64,000 bases of DNA from Antedon mediterranea (GCF_964355755.1 NC_092678.1:4852422-4916421), one strand, 5' to 3'; positions 35,801-60,625 are shown, counted from the first letter of the stretch. Translations and numbers: made by a program. The notes: generated by a model from the letters alone, not told the origin.

Positions 35801-38800
35801 TTCATGAACCACTCAGTATCATTGTCCAACAGCCGCTGCTTTACATTCGTGATATGGTGCCACGTCTGTGCCTGGAGGCTATCATTAGACTTGATAAGGT
35901 CAGTATAGCATTTGACGTTTACGCATTGCATTTGCAAAAGACGACAGAATTCAGACTGCTTGTAATGTAAAGAACAATGCCATGCATAATAAATATTTTG
36001 TATTCGGTTTCGTTTCAGCTTTTGACGTGTACACAATTACGAGAACTAACCAAGAATGATTTGTTTCCATCTGCGAAAATGATCTTGTCTTTAAGTCGCG
36101 AGTTTGGAATCCCTCTGACGACGACAGATTTTGAAGGTGAGCATTTTAAATTTCATCCCTCCGCCCAAATTTAATTTGATTAATTTATTACTATTTATCT
36201 TTATCATAATAATATAATCACATACATACATAAATTTTTGTCATCGTGTTTGTAATTTAGAAACTTGTGATGGTAATCTAAAAAAAAAAATTAACTTTGC
36301 AGATAACTGAAATAAAATAAATACCCAAACGCTAATCAAAAATAATAATAAATTATGTTAATTTAAAACTTCATACTGTTATTTTTATTCAAGAATAACC
36401 AATCACATAATAATGTATTGTAAGTATTTATGTGCAAGCTTTTATTTCTATGCTTTTTTATGTGAGATAACATTCATGTTGTTAAGCTCTGTCCACACTA
36501 TCAAACTAGTTACAAAAGTGTTATGTGCCCAAATATGGTAGTGATTTGACATCATCATGTCCATGCATATGCACATTACATTTTTTTGTCACATAAAGTT
36601 TGATAGTGTAGACAGAGCTTAAGATAATATATGTAAAAATGTATGCTTTTTATTCTCTGTATTTTGCTTATTTTATTGTTGCTGATTTTTAAGTCACAAT
36701 TCAAAAAGTGCTTATTGTCGATGTGAACAATTTTATGTAGTAATATTATATTTGGTTAAAATGTTTTCTCTATTATTTTGACAAATGAAGTAGACAAGCG
36801 GACAGATATTGAAAATTAGGAAAAAAAAAATTGTAATTGTAATTTCTTTTCTTACCGACAGAGCTTAAGTTAACTAAAAAAGTTGAAATGATAGCGGAAA
36901 GCAGACGATCACAAACCATGCCAGAAATATCAGTTACTAAACGGAGAGAGTGGACGCCACTGGACAATTACAACGAAGACTACTATGACATGATCATCAT
37001 GCGACAACAACAAAACACTCCAATTCATAATTTCCTCCAAGAAAATATAGTACGTAAAAAATCTTACAAAACATGTTTATTTATTTTTAGACACAAAAAT
37101 GGTTTTCTTTCACAAACATAGATTTGGAAAGACAGAATACTTTTTTTCTTGACAAAACCATGTCTATACCATGTTTAACCATTCATCTTCACAATCTAAC
37201 AACATTTTTAACTTTCTTTAAAGGATAGCGTTGGTGAAATAAGTCATATAAACAGTATAAATCGTGTTCGGCCAGAAACAATACACGTGACCCAGCCAAA
37301 CGGTACATCACACAACTACAGTACACAGACGTTGAACAGCACAGAGCAGGCCAGGGAAAGTTTACGTCAACTACTGGCTAAGGTAACGGCACTGAAACAC
37401 CTCAGCTAACACACTACCAATTGGAAGTTTCTATTAAAAATGAATGTACACTAGAGGTTTTTAAAATGATTTATGTAAAATTCTTCTTTTGTTTTTGTTG
37501 TTGTCAGGAGCCAAACCATCGGTTCACATACTGCAGCGACTACAACTCTGCGTCTGTAGTTCCTGTCGACTTAAACGCTTTACAAAAAGAAGAAACTGAA
37601 AGGTCAAAGGCCAAGTACCTGAGTAGCAATGGATTTGTTTATCCTGGAGTAAAGAGTTCCCTCTTAAGCAACGAACATCCTAGAAAGCCTGACGAAGCTA
37701 GAGTCACTGAAAACATGCAGGTATTTACAATCATCATGTACGATTTAAGTTATCAAATTCTCACTCCTGAGTACGATCAAAGTATATTGATTGAAACGTA
37801 AAGAAACTCAACAGTTCTTTTTAGAACTAATATGTGTGGTGTAGGCCTACCATCCTGTACAAATTAAGTGATCAAACTTTTTAACCTTTTAACATTAAAA
37901 TTTTGCCTTCACTGACAACAAAATTGTCTTTTTATTTTGCAGCCATGGGAAGAGAATATTCTGCATGCAAATATATTAAAACCAACTTTAGATCGCGATC
38001 GCTACACATGGTCCTTAAGGAATGAGGACATTGACCTTTACCGGAAGCCACATAAAGACTTTGGCATCCATCCACCAGCAACAATCCATTTAGCTGGTGA
38101 CACACTTGACAAAGAAAAGAGAACGGCACATGATGCAGAAGATGACATGTGGAGAGAGCGTCTGATTGTTGATGACCCGCAAATGAAGTTTCATCGGTGC
38201 GCCACCGAGACGGAACTAACATACAAAGGTCTTTTATCAAGCAATCAAATCGATAGATTACAAGGACTACTTAAAGACAAGCCTAAGAAGTATGGTCTTC
38301 TTGGATCGAATGCCAACAACATCCCTGCTCTATCGGTTGTAAACTATGTCAGCGTCGATACACACGCAAGAGAGAATGGACTCCTGCCAGCAATTGTGGA
38401 TAACGAGAAAGACAAATATTGTGGCGATATGCCAGGACCGTTTGATGATCGCAGTTGGAATGTTTCAGCAAACAGGATCCCGATTCGTGATATGGAACAC
38501 AGTAAATTTGAAGAAATGAAAGGACATGATTTCAAGTAGGTGTCAGTCTACATAGTAGGGGGCCAGGATATGAACTTGGCCTGAGAATACTCAGGTATTG
38601 AAAGATATTGTCTAAAAGAAAATATAAATTTGGAGGATTTGGTGGTGGGATTATACTTGAGAATATACGGTAAATGACGAGTTAATTGGAATCATATTTA
38701 CAAAATGTTAGGTGAATACAGTTACAAACAAAAGTTGGAATAATAATTTCAAAACTTTTTCTTTTAGATTATACCACAAAGAACGAAGTGCCACCTTTAA

Positions 38801-39035
38801 ACCTCAAATTCAAATGCTTTCAAAAGAAGAGAGAAACACTAATTTGTTCCGAACACTTCCACCAGAAGCGTTAAGAACCAAAAGTCAACGTGCTGGAAAC
38901 GAGTGCTTCCGTCATCCTCCACCAGGAATCCGTCCCGCTTCCATCAAAACAGAATTTTATTATCCAGATCGTGAACAGTATTGGAGAACGCCGTGTCAAC
39001 GTGATCCATCCAACAAGTCTGTGCTAAAAACATGA
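29890..39035 (+). CDS. CFAP92: Cilia- and flagella-associated protein 92-like (KIAA1257/DUF4550 family), ~19 coding exons
   Basis: Acidic N-terminus, then YHCSYYLLPDDTEPVKTDVVTFGMAAKIYTDHDSKVIKTW..TWVAW, LRIWESREKVSARARFDRPKVFRLP, LNPLVIKIASATNLP, LREYLNGPPLKIEVHDRDR and DPYGVAKFDLSQLLLG. Approximate exons: 29890-30394, 30543-30780, 30867-31168, 31357-31543, 31642-31819, 32143-32289, 32639-32941, 33426-33587, 33693-33900, 34150-34280, 34572-34732, 34841-34983, 35708-35898, 36019-36136, 36863-37049, 37224-37382, 37508-37720, 37943-38536, 38768-39035. Confidence 0.85.
31888..32092 (+). mobile_element. SINE fragment (CORE-like domain with L2-type 3' tail)
   Basis: gcctctctccacccaggtgtataaaagggtaaccgg followed by gtaaagcgcctttgag...aaagggtgctatagaaat. 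Confidence 0.5.
33076..33360. mobile_element. Harbinger-like MITE family B copy (with insertion)
   Basis: Ends are AGCGTGGTTCCACTAGAACGCA...CTAGTTGGAACCACACT. Confidence 0.65.
34357..34457 (+). mobile_element. Partial copy of the Deu/Nin-like SINE
   Basis: Closely similar to 13745-13845. Confidence 0.6.
35000..35625. mobile_element. Non-autonomous DNA transposon with TTAA TSD and AG termini (Kolobok-like)
   Basis: TTAA|AGCCCCATTCCCT...AGGGAAGGGGTCT|TTAA, with TSDs at 34996-34999 and 35626-35629. It occupies most of a CFAP92 intron. Confidence 0.7.
36485..36619. mobile_element. Harbinger-like MITE family A copy
   Basis: Ends are AGCTCTGTCCACACTATCAAACT...AGTTTGATAGTGTAGACAGAGCT in T(T/A)A context. 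Confidence 0.85.
37764..37845 (+). mobile_element. Penelope-type pLTR fragment with hammerhead-like motif, copy 3
   Basis: Sequence ctc-ctgagta-cgatcaa-agtata-ttgatt-gaaac-gta, followed by the shared tail. Confidence 0.5.
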
Positions 39036-39927
39036 CAATGCTTCTAGTCATTGCAGACTATTTTATAAAAGAATCTGTAAAATACTAAAAAGCTTTATAT
39101 TAAAATTGATTATGAATATCAGCAGAAATAATTTATGCATAGAAATAATTTGGTGTCGTCATTACAGAGGGCGCTTTACATATTGCACGGCATGATTGCA
39201 ACACAGTTGTACGTTAACATAGGCAAGCGGTAAAATATGGGAATCTTTGTTATTTCTTCTGACCATTTACACAAAACATGGAGCGGACAGTCGGTTTCTG
39301 CTCAGGATACATACAGATTCTACGTGGGAAAAGCTACACGGTTTTCTGCTTACCGTTACTGCTTGTCTGTGAATAACACCATTTCATTAATGACTGTTAA
39401 AACATTGCAAAACGTATGTACAAGCACACATACAAGATACTGTAAAAGACACCAGTAAATAGTCTATAGTCTCGAATAAATATTTATTATAGATCATGAT
39501 TCGTTATAATTCTATGTTTACAATCGTTTCTAGCTAGCAGGACAATGAACTAGCCCATCAATCATCTATTTTTAGAACGTCTCGCATACTCTTACATATT
39601 GCATCATAATAATTGGTTCATTACCAAATGTGACCAGAATTTCGAGGACTAAGTCTCTTATATAATATATATGTATTAATAATCATTTTCATACATGCAG
39701 TCTAAATATATTCTTTTTATATAATATTCAGAGAATAATTGGTATAATGCAATAAGAGGGAGCTTTCAATTTGTGTGTCAGTCATCATCTGGAACTCAAA
39801 ACCACCAAAAATATGTCAAGGATTTGAGCGCGTAAGCACATCCCAACTGAATGTGCACGTCATATGACATAACTTGGTCATCACAAGTCCAAAGCTCCCG
39901 AATACTGCAGCAGAATGCCATCTGTAA

Positions 39928-40107
39928 AGCGTGGTTCCCACTAGAACGCAGCGATGTATCGACGCAAAATACTGTAATGCGTAATCACAAGTGGGAACTG
40001 ACGACGCAATAGTGCTACAAACGTCGCAAGTTTGATTTCACGCAGGCGAGGGCAAACACAATTATTAGGACAGTTGCTTACGTTGCGTCGCTAGTGGGAA
40101 CCACGCT
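39928..40107. mobile_element. Harbinger-like MITE family B, full-length copy
   Basis: Perfect TIR AGCGTGGTTCCCACTAG...CTAGTGGGAACCACGCT, flanked by TAA and TTA. Confidence 0.85.
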
Positions 40108-40382
40108 TTAGAACAAACATACTTATCAATTGCTTTGAAATTGGGTTTATCTACAATCAATTTCAAGTAATATATCTAATAATTGGTATATTCTGGTGGT
40201 AGACTTCATAGTACTGTAGATACAGTCGCAGTCAAAAGCTTAGTGTCTGCCAACATTGACACAGACACTGGCTATGCCCTTTCATTGACAAGCCTAGGCC
40301 GACACAGAGACACTGGCTATGTTCTTTGATTGACAAGCCTAGGCTGACACACAGACACTGGCCATGCTCTATGATTGACAGC

Positions 40383-52615
<12,233 letters not shown>

Positions 52616-53610
52616 TTTGCTGCACTTCCGATCCCCAGAGGCAGCGTTTCCTTTTCTCACGTGATGTAAAGTTATTTGTTTTTAACGGTAAATCCGTCAA
52701 TACGACTGTCTTTGCGTCAGTAACGAGCTATAAAACGCAATATTGACATTTAATTCTATTTAATCTATCTAAATGGCCAAAATAAATATATTTCTTTATA
52801 TTTTGATACTGGGTTACAACTCATCAATGCTGTTTGAATAAATGTTTATAGTTTCGGTTGTTTTTTTTATTATTATTCACTTTTATTTCAAATATCAAAA
52901 AATTGACCAAAATTACAACTCGTGGCTAAGAGCCAAATTGCGTGTAAAATACATGTCATATCAAAAATATAAATATATATAAAAAATATGAAAAAAAAAA
53001 ACAACAAAGAAGGGGAGAGCAGTCGCAAACTAGCAGGGGAGAAAATTAAGAATTCAGTAATTTGATGAAGTAGGGTATAGGGCTATTGGTAAATCTGGAT
53101 GTTTTAGACGCTAGCTGGGTAATTTTGTTTTTATTTCTTAAAATTTTATACTAAAGTAACTTAAGATGCAAAAAAACTCCACACAACAAACTCAAGAATT
53201 ATTTTGATTTTATTTGTACCAACTACTACTATAGTTACAAGGAACAAAATGCAATGAGAATAAACACATTTACATTACTAAATACCTCTCAATTACAAAA
53301 GCTCTATTGTGATATCACATAAAATATAAATGATGTCATCATCTGCAAAAGTCAAGGTGATATTATAACCAATACGAGGAATACGTTGAAAGCATACAAA
53401 ATACAATTGGTTTTTTTTTCATTATAATATTTATAGTATGTCAACCTCCTGCTTGTTTTAAATATGTATTTACAGTGGAATAAAATGTTTTCATTTTATA
53501 AAATTATTCCCTCATTGTTTAAGGTGTTTCATTTAGTTAAAATAAGTTGCTTTTTTCCATGTTTTTATGAGTGTATGTTATACTTTAATGAATAAATCAT
53601 TTTTTTTAAT

Positions 53611-56580
53611 TCATCGCACATGTGGAGCGATCCATTCAGGATTTACTAAAGACTGCTCTAGAGGGCAGTCTACATCAAACTCTTTGGTGTGCTGCGTTCT
53701 GTGGCGCATGCGTCTACTACGCTGAGGTATCGGTAATTCTGAGTGATGAGCTGGTAAGGGTTCGGTGAAGAAGTATGGATGGATGAGACCCTGTTAAAAA
53801 AAGAGAGAATTTATGATTTATAACTGAGTCACAAATATGCTAATAACTTTTCAACTAAACATTTATTCTTTCAATTGATAAGAAAAACAATGAATAATAA
53901 GCACTGAAACTTGTAGTGAGCTTGTTTAAAGCGTGGTTGCCATTAGCAATAAAGTGTGGTTGCCATTAGCAATAAAGCGTGGTTGCCATTAGCAATGAAA
54001 GAAAATGCCCTTCAAATAAGTGTGTTTGCCCCCGCCTGTGTGAAATCAAACCTGCGATATTTGCAGCACCGTTGCGTCGTCGGTTCGCACTTGTGATTAC
54101 GCAATACAGCACTTTGCATTGATACGTCGCTGCGCTTCATTGTGTTACGTCGCTAGTGGGAACCACGCTTTAGAAAAGAATGTTACCTCTGCAGCTGAGA
54201 TCCTTTGTTTTGAAGGATACACAAGAAACCTTTTTAAAAGATCCAGTGCTTCTGGTGATGCATCAGGAACGATCTCTTCCAAAGGAATCGGTGCATTTTC
54301 TGGAAACGTTATCTTGTTATAGTCGGGAAGATCTTTCATTCCCTGGGAATGCAAAACAAAGGTATATATTAATGTGTGTTTATTACATCTTATTAAATTC
54401 TAACCCCCAACAACACCAACACAAAAACAGCACAACCTTGTTTATGGTGCCGCATCTACTCCTAACTCTTCCATCAGTTAATCACCAAACCTATCTATAA
54501 AATATGGTATACATCAAGTAACAACATCAGGCACCAAAAACTGTTACTATTATTGAAATTGTATAAACACTGTTACCTTATTTCATTTATTTAGTCGACC
54601 AATAAACAGATACAGAACAGAAACAAAGCAGAATGGTCAGGTGAAACTAAAGCAAAACAATTACTATAAATCATAAAGAGTTAGTTGCCCCTTAAAAAAC
54701 ATTTTATTTACCGGCCATGTTTCTTCAGTTGGTGTTCCCAATACACGCAGAACACAACAGAGTTGCTCAATGTCATTCTCTCCAGGAAACAATGGTGAAT
54801 TATTTAAAAGCTCGCCGAATATACATCCAACAGCCCTGATAAAGAAACACAATTTGAAAATGTCACTACACTACATCTAAAGTAAGTAAACAAACATCAG
54901 ATAAAAATGATACAGTTTAACATGCCATATTTGGGTAAAAGGGGTGGGTTGGTATGCAAATATGGATTTCGAATTAATTAATGAAAGACATAATATGTCA
55001 AAATTGTTACCAACATAAAGTTGACAACCTAGAGTATGTCTCACCATAAGTCAACACCTTCATCATATTTTCTGGCGCCATAAAGTAATTCAGGTGCTCG
55101 ATACCATCTGAAAAAAAGAGGATTAAAATATTTGCACCATAGAGGAATGGAATCACAGAGGACACTGATGGAATGGAATCACAGAGGACACTGATGGAAT
55201 GGAATTGCAGATAAGTCCAAAAACTTTCAACAATCATCTCGTTCAAGATTCTAGAAATTGTGTTGGTTCACTTTAAAATGGGTATGGACTTACCTTGTAG
55301 CAACTTGATGACTATATTGGCGACCTTCCTCGTTGCTAAAAACTCTTGCCAATCCAAAGTCGGCAATCTTCAAATGACCCGTCTCACTTATCAACAGATT
55401 GGCTGGTTTTAAATCCTGTTTTAAAGAAGAGTTAAAGTTATTTTAATTGAAGCATCAAAATGTCAAAAAACTCAAAAGTTTATTCAGAAACACATATGTT
55501 GTTTACCAAAAACATCATTTTGTACTCTCAAAATCTAAATACTAAGAAATAAATATTCATTTAAATTGACCAATCACAATTGGCTTACCCTGTGCATGAT
55601 TGAGTTGTCATGGCAATATGCCACACCTTTTAGCAACATAAGCATATAGCTTTTGACCTGGGCTTCTGTCAATGGTTCCTCTGAGTTGCGAACGACTTCT
55701 GATAAGTCCGACAACATGTACTCAAAGACCAACACAAAACCAGTTCCATGCGGGAACACCTCTCTTAACTTCACTACCTAGAATACAAAGAAATTGAAAA
55801 CTATATATTATATTTATTTTTATTTAATTGTATTATTTATAGGTGTATGGAAAAGGTAATTACTGGAAATGTGGCTTGGTAACAGGATATTTTTTATGGC
55901 CAATATATGGCAGCACCCTATTCTATTTATTGTGGGATGATGGTGTTAATTAAAAAAATAAAATATGATTATTCTTACATGTTGGTTTTCTTCTATTTCT
56001 TGTAAAGCTTTAATTTCACTAAAAAAGAAAAACAAGTAACATAGAATTACAATGAAATTGGTTAATTAGCTAATTATATATATAACATGATCTAGTCTTG
56101 AAACAAAATAAAAGTAAACATTTAAAATAAGTATACAAACCGAAGAGCTGTGTTAGGAATTCCGTCTTCCCACTTCCGCAAAGGAACCTTCTTCAACGCC
56201 ACCACAGCGCCAGTCTAATAAAAATCAATACAAAGTTTATTTTTATTTTAATCAAAGAAGATAATAATGATGATGATGACGGTTGATAATTAATTACAAT
56301 GACAGATTTAAGCTCTGTCTACACAATCACACTTTATATGTGACAAAAAAATGTGATATGCTCAAATATGGACACGGTGACATCATATCACTACCATATT
56401 TGGGCATATCACTACCATATTTGGGCATATCACTACTATATTTGGGTACATTAAACTTTTTTGTCAAACTAGTTTGATGAATGTGATGCAATGATAATAA
56501 CATACCTCAATGTGTTTTGCTTTAAACACAATACCATGTGCGCCTTCACCAATACGTTCCAAAATATTGTACTGTTCCAT
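53611..56580 (-). CDS. CDK20: Cyclin-dependent kinase 20 (CCRK), 9 coding exons
   Basis: Motifs [89 protein letters not shown] and [10 protein letters not shown]. Exons 56580-56506, 56214-56141, 56018-55979, 55777-55589, ~55415-55294, ~55107-55046, ~54835-54712, ~54342-54187, ~53790-53611. Confidence 0.96.
53930..54169. mobile_element. Harbinger-like MITE family B copy with triplicated left terminus
   Basis: AAAGCGTGGTTGCCATTAGCAAT occurs three times, then the family interior and CTAGTGGGAACCACGCT. Confidence 0.75.
56311..56478. mobile_element. Harbinger-like MITE family A copy with internal tandem expansion
   Basis: Left end AGCTCTGTCTACAC, with CATATCACTACCATATTTGGG repeated three times. 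Confidence 0.7.
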
Positions 56581-57149
56581 TTCAGGACAAGTAATTATGA
56601 TTTACATTCTTATTCTGCAACACTCACATGGATGGCAACTTCATCTGAAAAATAATAATTGTAAACATTTTCTTTTGGCCCTTTGCTTTGGATGATGGAA
56701 ATCTACACAGATGTTGGCTATCAAACATCCATGCACATACGCTATAAAAATACTATTTAGGGAATATAGTCTAATCTCTGTTTGACCTGCCTGCAGGGTA
56801 CCTAGTAGGCCTAGAGTATGATCAGTAGAGAACCTCCTCCTTCTTTCTACCTTACCTACACACCCCCTACACACACACACAGTAATTTGTTACATACTCT
56901 GCTAGGCCTAGGTTTTAGGGCGGCTCAGATAGGCTATAGTACTAGCCACCGCCTAGGCCTATATACCTACCCAATACCAATATTAAAAACTACAACATAC
57001 ATACTATATAATGTTATTTATTTATGTTTCTACTATCAATTTACAGAATTTTAACCTACAGTTTGTGTTTTATAATTATGCAACCTAAAAATGTTTGTTT
57101 GTTGTTGTGGTAATAGCGCCCTCAATTAATGAATAAATAACTACCTCTG

Positions 57150-57262
57150 GGCCAATCATATCGTTGCTATTGCCCCGACCAATCATACTGCTGGTAATCT
57201 TGGCCAATCACATCGCTACTATTATCTTGGCCAATCACATCACTGATTGTGTTGTCCAATAA
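57150..57262. promoter_or_regulatory. Array of five CCAAT (NF-Y-type) boxes in the CDK20 bidirectional promoter
   Basis: CCAAT at 57152, 57179, 57204, 57231 and 57256 (25-27-bp spacing), mostly in RCCAATCA context. Confidence 0.65.
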
Positions 57263-57268
57263 TAACGC

Positions 57269-57325
57269 TGTGCGCGGTGTACTTATAGCTGTTATAATAT
57301 AACAGCTATAAGTACACCGCGCACA
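57269..57325. repeat. 57-bp palindrome (28-bp perfect arms, 1-nt centre)
   Basis: TGTGCGCGGTGTACTTATAGCTGTTATA-A-TATAACAGCTATAAGTACACCGCGCACA. Confidence 0.97.
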
Positions 57326-57794
57326 TATTATGGTAAATATTGATATATCTGCAGAAGTATTATTATAGTTAGTAATCAGTTAATTACATTATTTAATTAC
57401 ATACCGATGATAATTGTTACTTTTACCATAGACAAACGTTTTTGCTATGTTACTATGAGGTAGTAACAGTTATTTAAAACTACACATTTCACAAAACCAT
57501 TCACTACCTATGGAGAAAATAATGTCATCATTCGTCTACGGACGCCCACTGCCGTTTCAAACGCGCGCGCCAAGCCATTCTACTGAGCGGACTTGGTTGC
57601 CGTGATACACCCCATCTCCTTTGGATACAACACGATTTATTACACTTTTACTTCAATATAATGTACCAATATTAAAAAAGGAACAATGTAAGTTGCCTAC
57701 TTGTGCTTGTTATACTTTCTAAATTATTTTATTGTTTATATCAAATGTTAAATCAAATTGTAATTTGTTTATGTAGGTGTAGGATGCCAACACA

Positions 57795-58661
57795 ATGTCA
57801 GTAACTCGTGTAGTTCTACCCAGGCTAGCAGAGTTTGGCGGTGTTCCTACCAACAACCTAGACAATGATACCTCGGCGGCAACCAGTAGTCAACATAAGA
57901 TTCAACGGTACAGCTCTGGACACTCGTCTGTCACACCAACACTAATTAAACGAGTTGGGAAAGTAAGACATTTCTTGTGTATGTTTGTTAGTTATCTCTA
58001 GGCCTAGAAAAAATATAAATTCGATTTTAAAAAATAATTGTATTATTTGCAGTGCCAAATCACAAGACCTCCCAAAACGGTAGCAGATGCTCCTACAAAT
58101 CTCACAAAGGCAAACTCAACGGTAGATCTGGCGTTGAGTGGAATACCACGTGACAAGAATCTTCTTCTTCCAAAGATAGATGAGGATGTGGTGGTTAAAC
58201 CGTCACCCTGGGTGGCGCCTCATACACACAGATCTAAGCATAGGGTAAGCAAAACTGTTTATGAGAAATGGACGGGTTAGAGGGTGTAAGACAGATAATT
58301 GTGATGATGGATGAAAACATGACGACGGCGACGATGCTATTGACGACGAGGACGATGACCAAACCCAGTAATACCGTTTTTTATTGTAATCATGCGGGAA
58401 ATTACCTCACGACGAGGACGATGACGTAGATGACGACGACGGAGATGACGATGACGATGACGACGACGATGATGGCAATCAATAATGAATGAATTGTTCG
58501 TTGGTTTTTAGTTCACTACTTCAAGCCTATTTCCAGAACCGCCACCGACTCCAAGCAAATCTGGAACCAGGCTAAACATAGAGTTAGCAATTATGGGCCA
58601 GGACATCCGACTCCCTCCTCCCCGTACACCAACAGAGAGCAGGAAGCAGGACACAACAAAG
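57795..58661 (+). CDS. 5' coding exons of an uncharacterised Ser/Pro/Thr-rich protein; 3' end not found in window
   Basis: Exons 57795-57962, 58053-58244 and 58512-58661 are all phase 0 with canonical GT-AG sites and no stop (170 aa, MSVTRVVLPRLAEF...RKQDTTK). An upstream exon ends at a GTAAGT donor at ~57688. Confidence 0.7.
58300..58475. repeat. Imperfect (GAC/GAT)n trinucleotide tracts, intronic
   Basis: Runs such as gacgatgacgatgacgacgacgatgat between exons 58244 and 58512. Confidence 0.8.
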
Positions 58662-58750
58662 GTAGGCCTACACATTTTTATAACAAAGATAAGATTATAA
58701 GAAAAGTTTTCTAATTCCAATGTGGTTTCAAATATACTTGTCTTCTTTAA

Positions 58751-58864
58751 AGCTTGGTTCCCACTAGGACGAAACGCAAAGAAGTTGGATGCCAGAACGC
58801 AAGAGAAATGACCACTCACAAGTGATAGTTCGAATAATCCATAACTTATAGTTGGAACCGAGCT
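58751..58864. mobile_element. Degenerate Harbinger-like MITE (family B-related)
   Basis: TAA|AGCTTGGTTCCCACTAG...TAGTTGGAACCGAGCT|TTA. Confidence 0.6.
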
Positions 58865-60177
58865 TTAAGCACATTCTAACTATTTATTATTTCTATCTAC
58901 TTCATAGAAACCTCGTAAAATACCGACACATTTAAAGCGAGCACGCAGTGGCAGTAGCGGCGATCTTCAACACGGTGGTGGCGTGCTGGCGTTCCAAGAA
59001 AACATTCGGAAACTACTGTTATGTACATCATTGGGTGTACACATAGAGGCAAGTTAAACCAATGTTCTAATGGAAGAAATATCAATACGAAAACGGGACA
59101 ATGTTAATTAAAAGTGCGTGTACGCGTACGGTATGTCGTATTTAACAGGCAATTGGGCAACCTACATCGCATACGTGTTGTGACGCGGTGATACGACGTA
59201 CGCGTATTGCCAAAATGTTCATGATATGCCCCATTTAAAATCATGTATTGTACGCGTATGTTATACTCTTTTTGTGTGACGTAGGCTGGAATACGACTGT
59301 GATTCAAATTAATAATACTAGACCTTAATTATACACTCTACGCCCAAATCAGAACATTTTTTCGACATTATTTCTTGAACAGAGCAAATACCAAGCATCC
59401 GGGAACATCGCCACTCCAGTATTTCACTGTCCAAGATGCCTTAAACATTGGACTATGTACAATGTGACGCCAAATGGGTGCAGGCAGACTGAGAGACCAA
59501 CCAAGGGACCATCATTCTTTATCACAAACACCGGACACTCTATACTAAAGGTTGGTTGGTATACCCTACCTAGGTATAATCAGACGAGAACAAGTATGAT
59601 TTTACGAGATCAATAAAAGTCAACAAATTGATATTATCGAATATCGGTTATTTTAATATATATTTGTCATTCAGACGTTCCAATCGATGCCGAAAGAGCA
59701 CCAAAGCAAATTCCTCGACACGATCATCGCCATCGAACCAGATTCAAAGGGCATCATTCATGTACCTAGCGTTGATTACGTCACAATCGCAATGAGTAAG
59801 AGAAGTAGTAATACTCTACACGGGAGGCAGGCTGAACTAATACCAACATCAAAAACAAGTACAGACACAATCTCTCCAGCAGATGCTGCTGACATGCAGG
59901 AGAGCAGAGGTCACAAAAATTCGATAATGACGTCTGAGGTACCAACCAGACTATGCGAACCACCATTTGAACAACGTAAGTTCGCTATCAATAGAAAGGC
60001 TATATTGGTACCTGGTACATTGGTACTTGATACTTTGCAGCTCATTAAGCTATTCTGCGATTGGGTGCAGGTGAATCAAAAATGTGAAAAACTCTTTCTT
60101 GTCATGATGACTGTAGAGCAGTGTAATTTTATGAAAATAAATTTGCATGAAAATCCCGAAAGACCAGTTGATGTTGA

Positions 60178-60625
60178 TGTCACGAACTCCTCTCACGTAT
60201 GTTTCCGAGCGGTTGAAAATACTTTAGGAACTCCCTTGTGACATAAAAGTATACACACAAAATCCACAAAGTTGTAAAATAACTCAAAAACAAAGCTTTA
60301 ATTTCAATCAACTTCAACTTTCAACAATCCAGTAAGCACTTTAAACAACAGTTTCACAATAACTTTACAATATAATATCCAACCTCTAATCCAACAACCT
60401 TACAATAGTTTACATCCCTTTATATACAAGATGCTCCTATCCTTCTAGATCATTCTTTATACTTCTCATTATTACATGATTACAGTTTCTATTAATAGCA
60501 CTTCTGGAATGTTCTAGATTGTTCTTATTAATTATACATGGTTTATTAAATCAAAACATCTTATTCTAGAATGTTCATGTAAATACTATGTTACTCTATA
60601 TGTTAGGGAATGGTAATTTATTACA
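60178..60625 (-). mobile_element. 3' LTR of the Gmr1-like Gypsy element
   Basis: On the minus strand it starts TGTAATAAA directly after the PPT and contains TATATAAAGG (~60417-60426) and ATTAAA (~60297-60302). The probable end is ...TTCGTGACA at 60178; an alternative end is ...TGTCACA at 60237. Confidence 0.7.

Noticed and set aside
39164-39178. CTCF-like AGAGGGCGC motifs (also ~28520 and ~57115)
   Set aside because: Only partial core matches, which cannot be distinguished from chance.
58300-58475. Poly-Asp coding exon
   Set aside because: It lies inside an intron whose flanking exons join in frame, and it has no splice signals.
59687-60241. 184-aa ORF as a host exon or env-like gene
   Set aside because: No recognisable domain or TM segment, and it runs into the LTR on the opposite strand. 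It cannot be fully excluded without RNA data.
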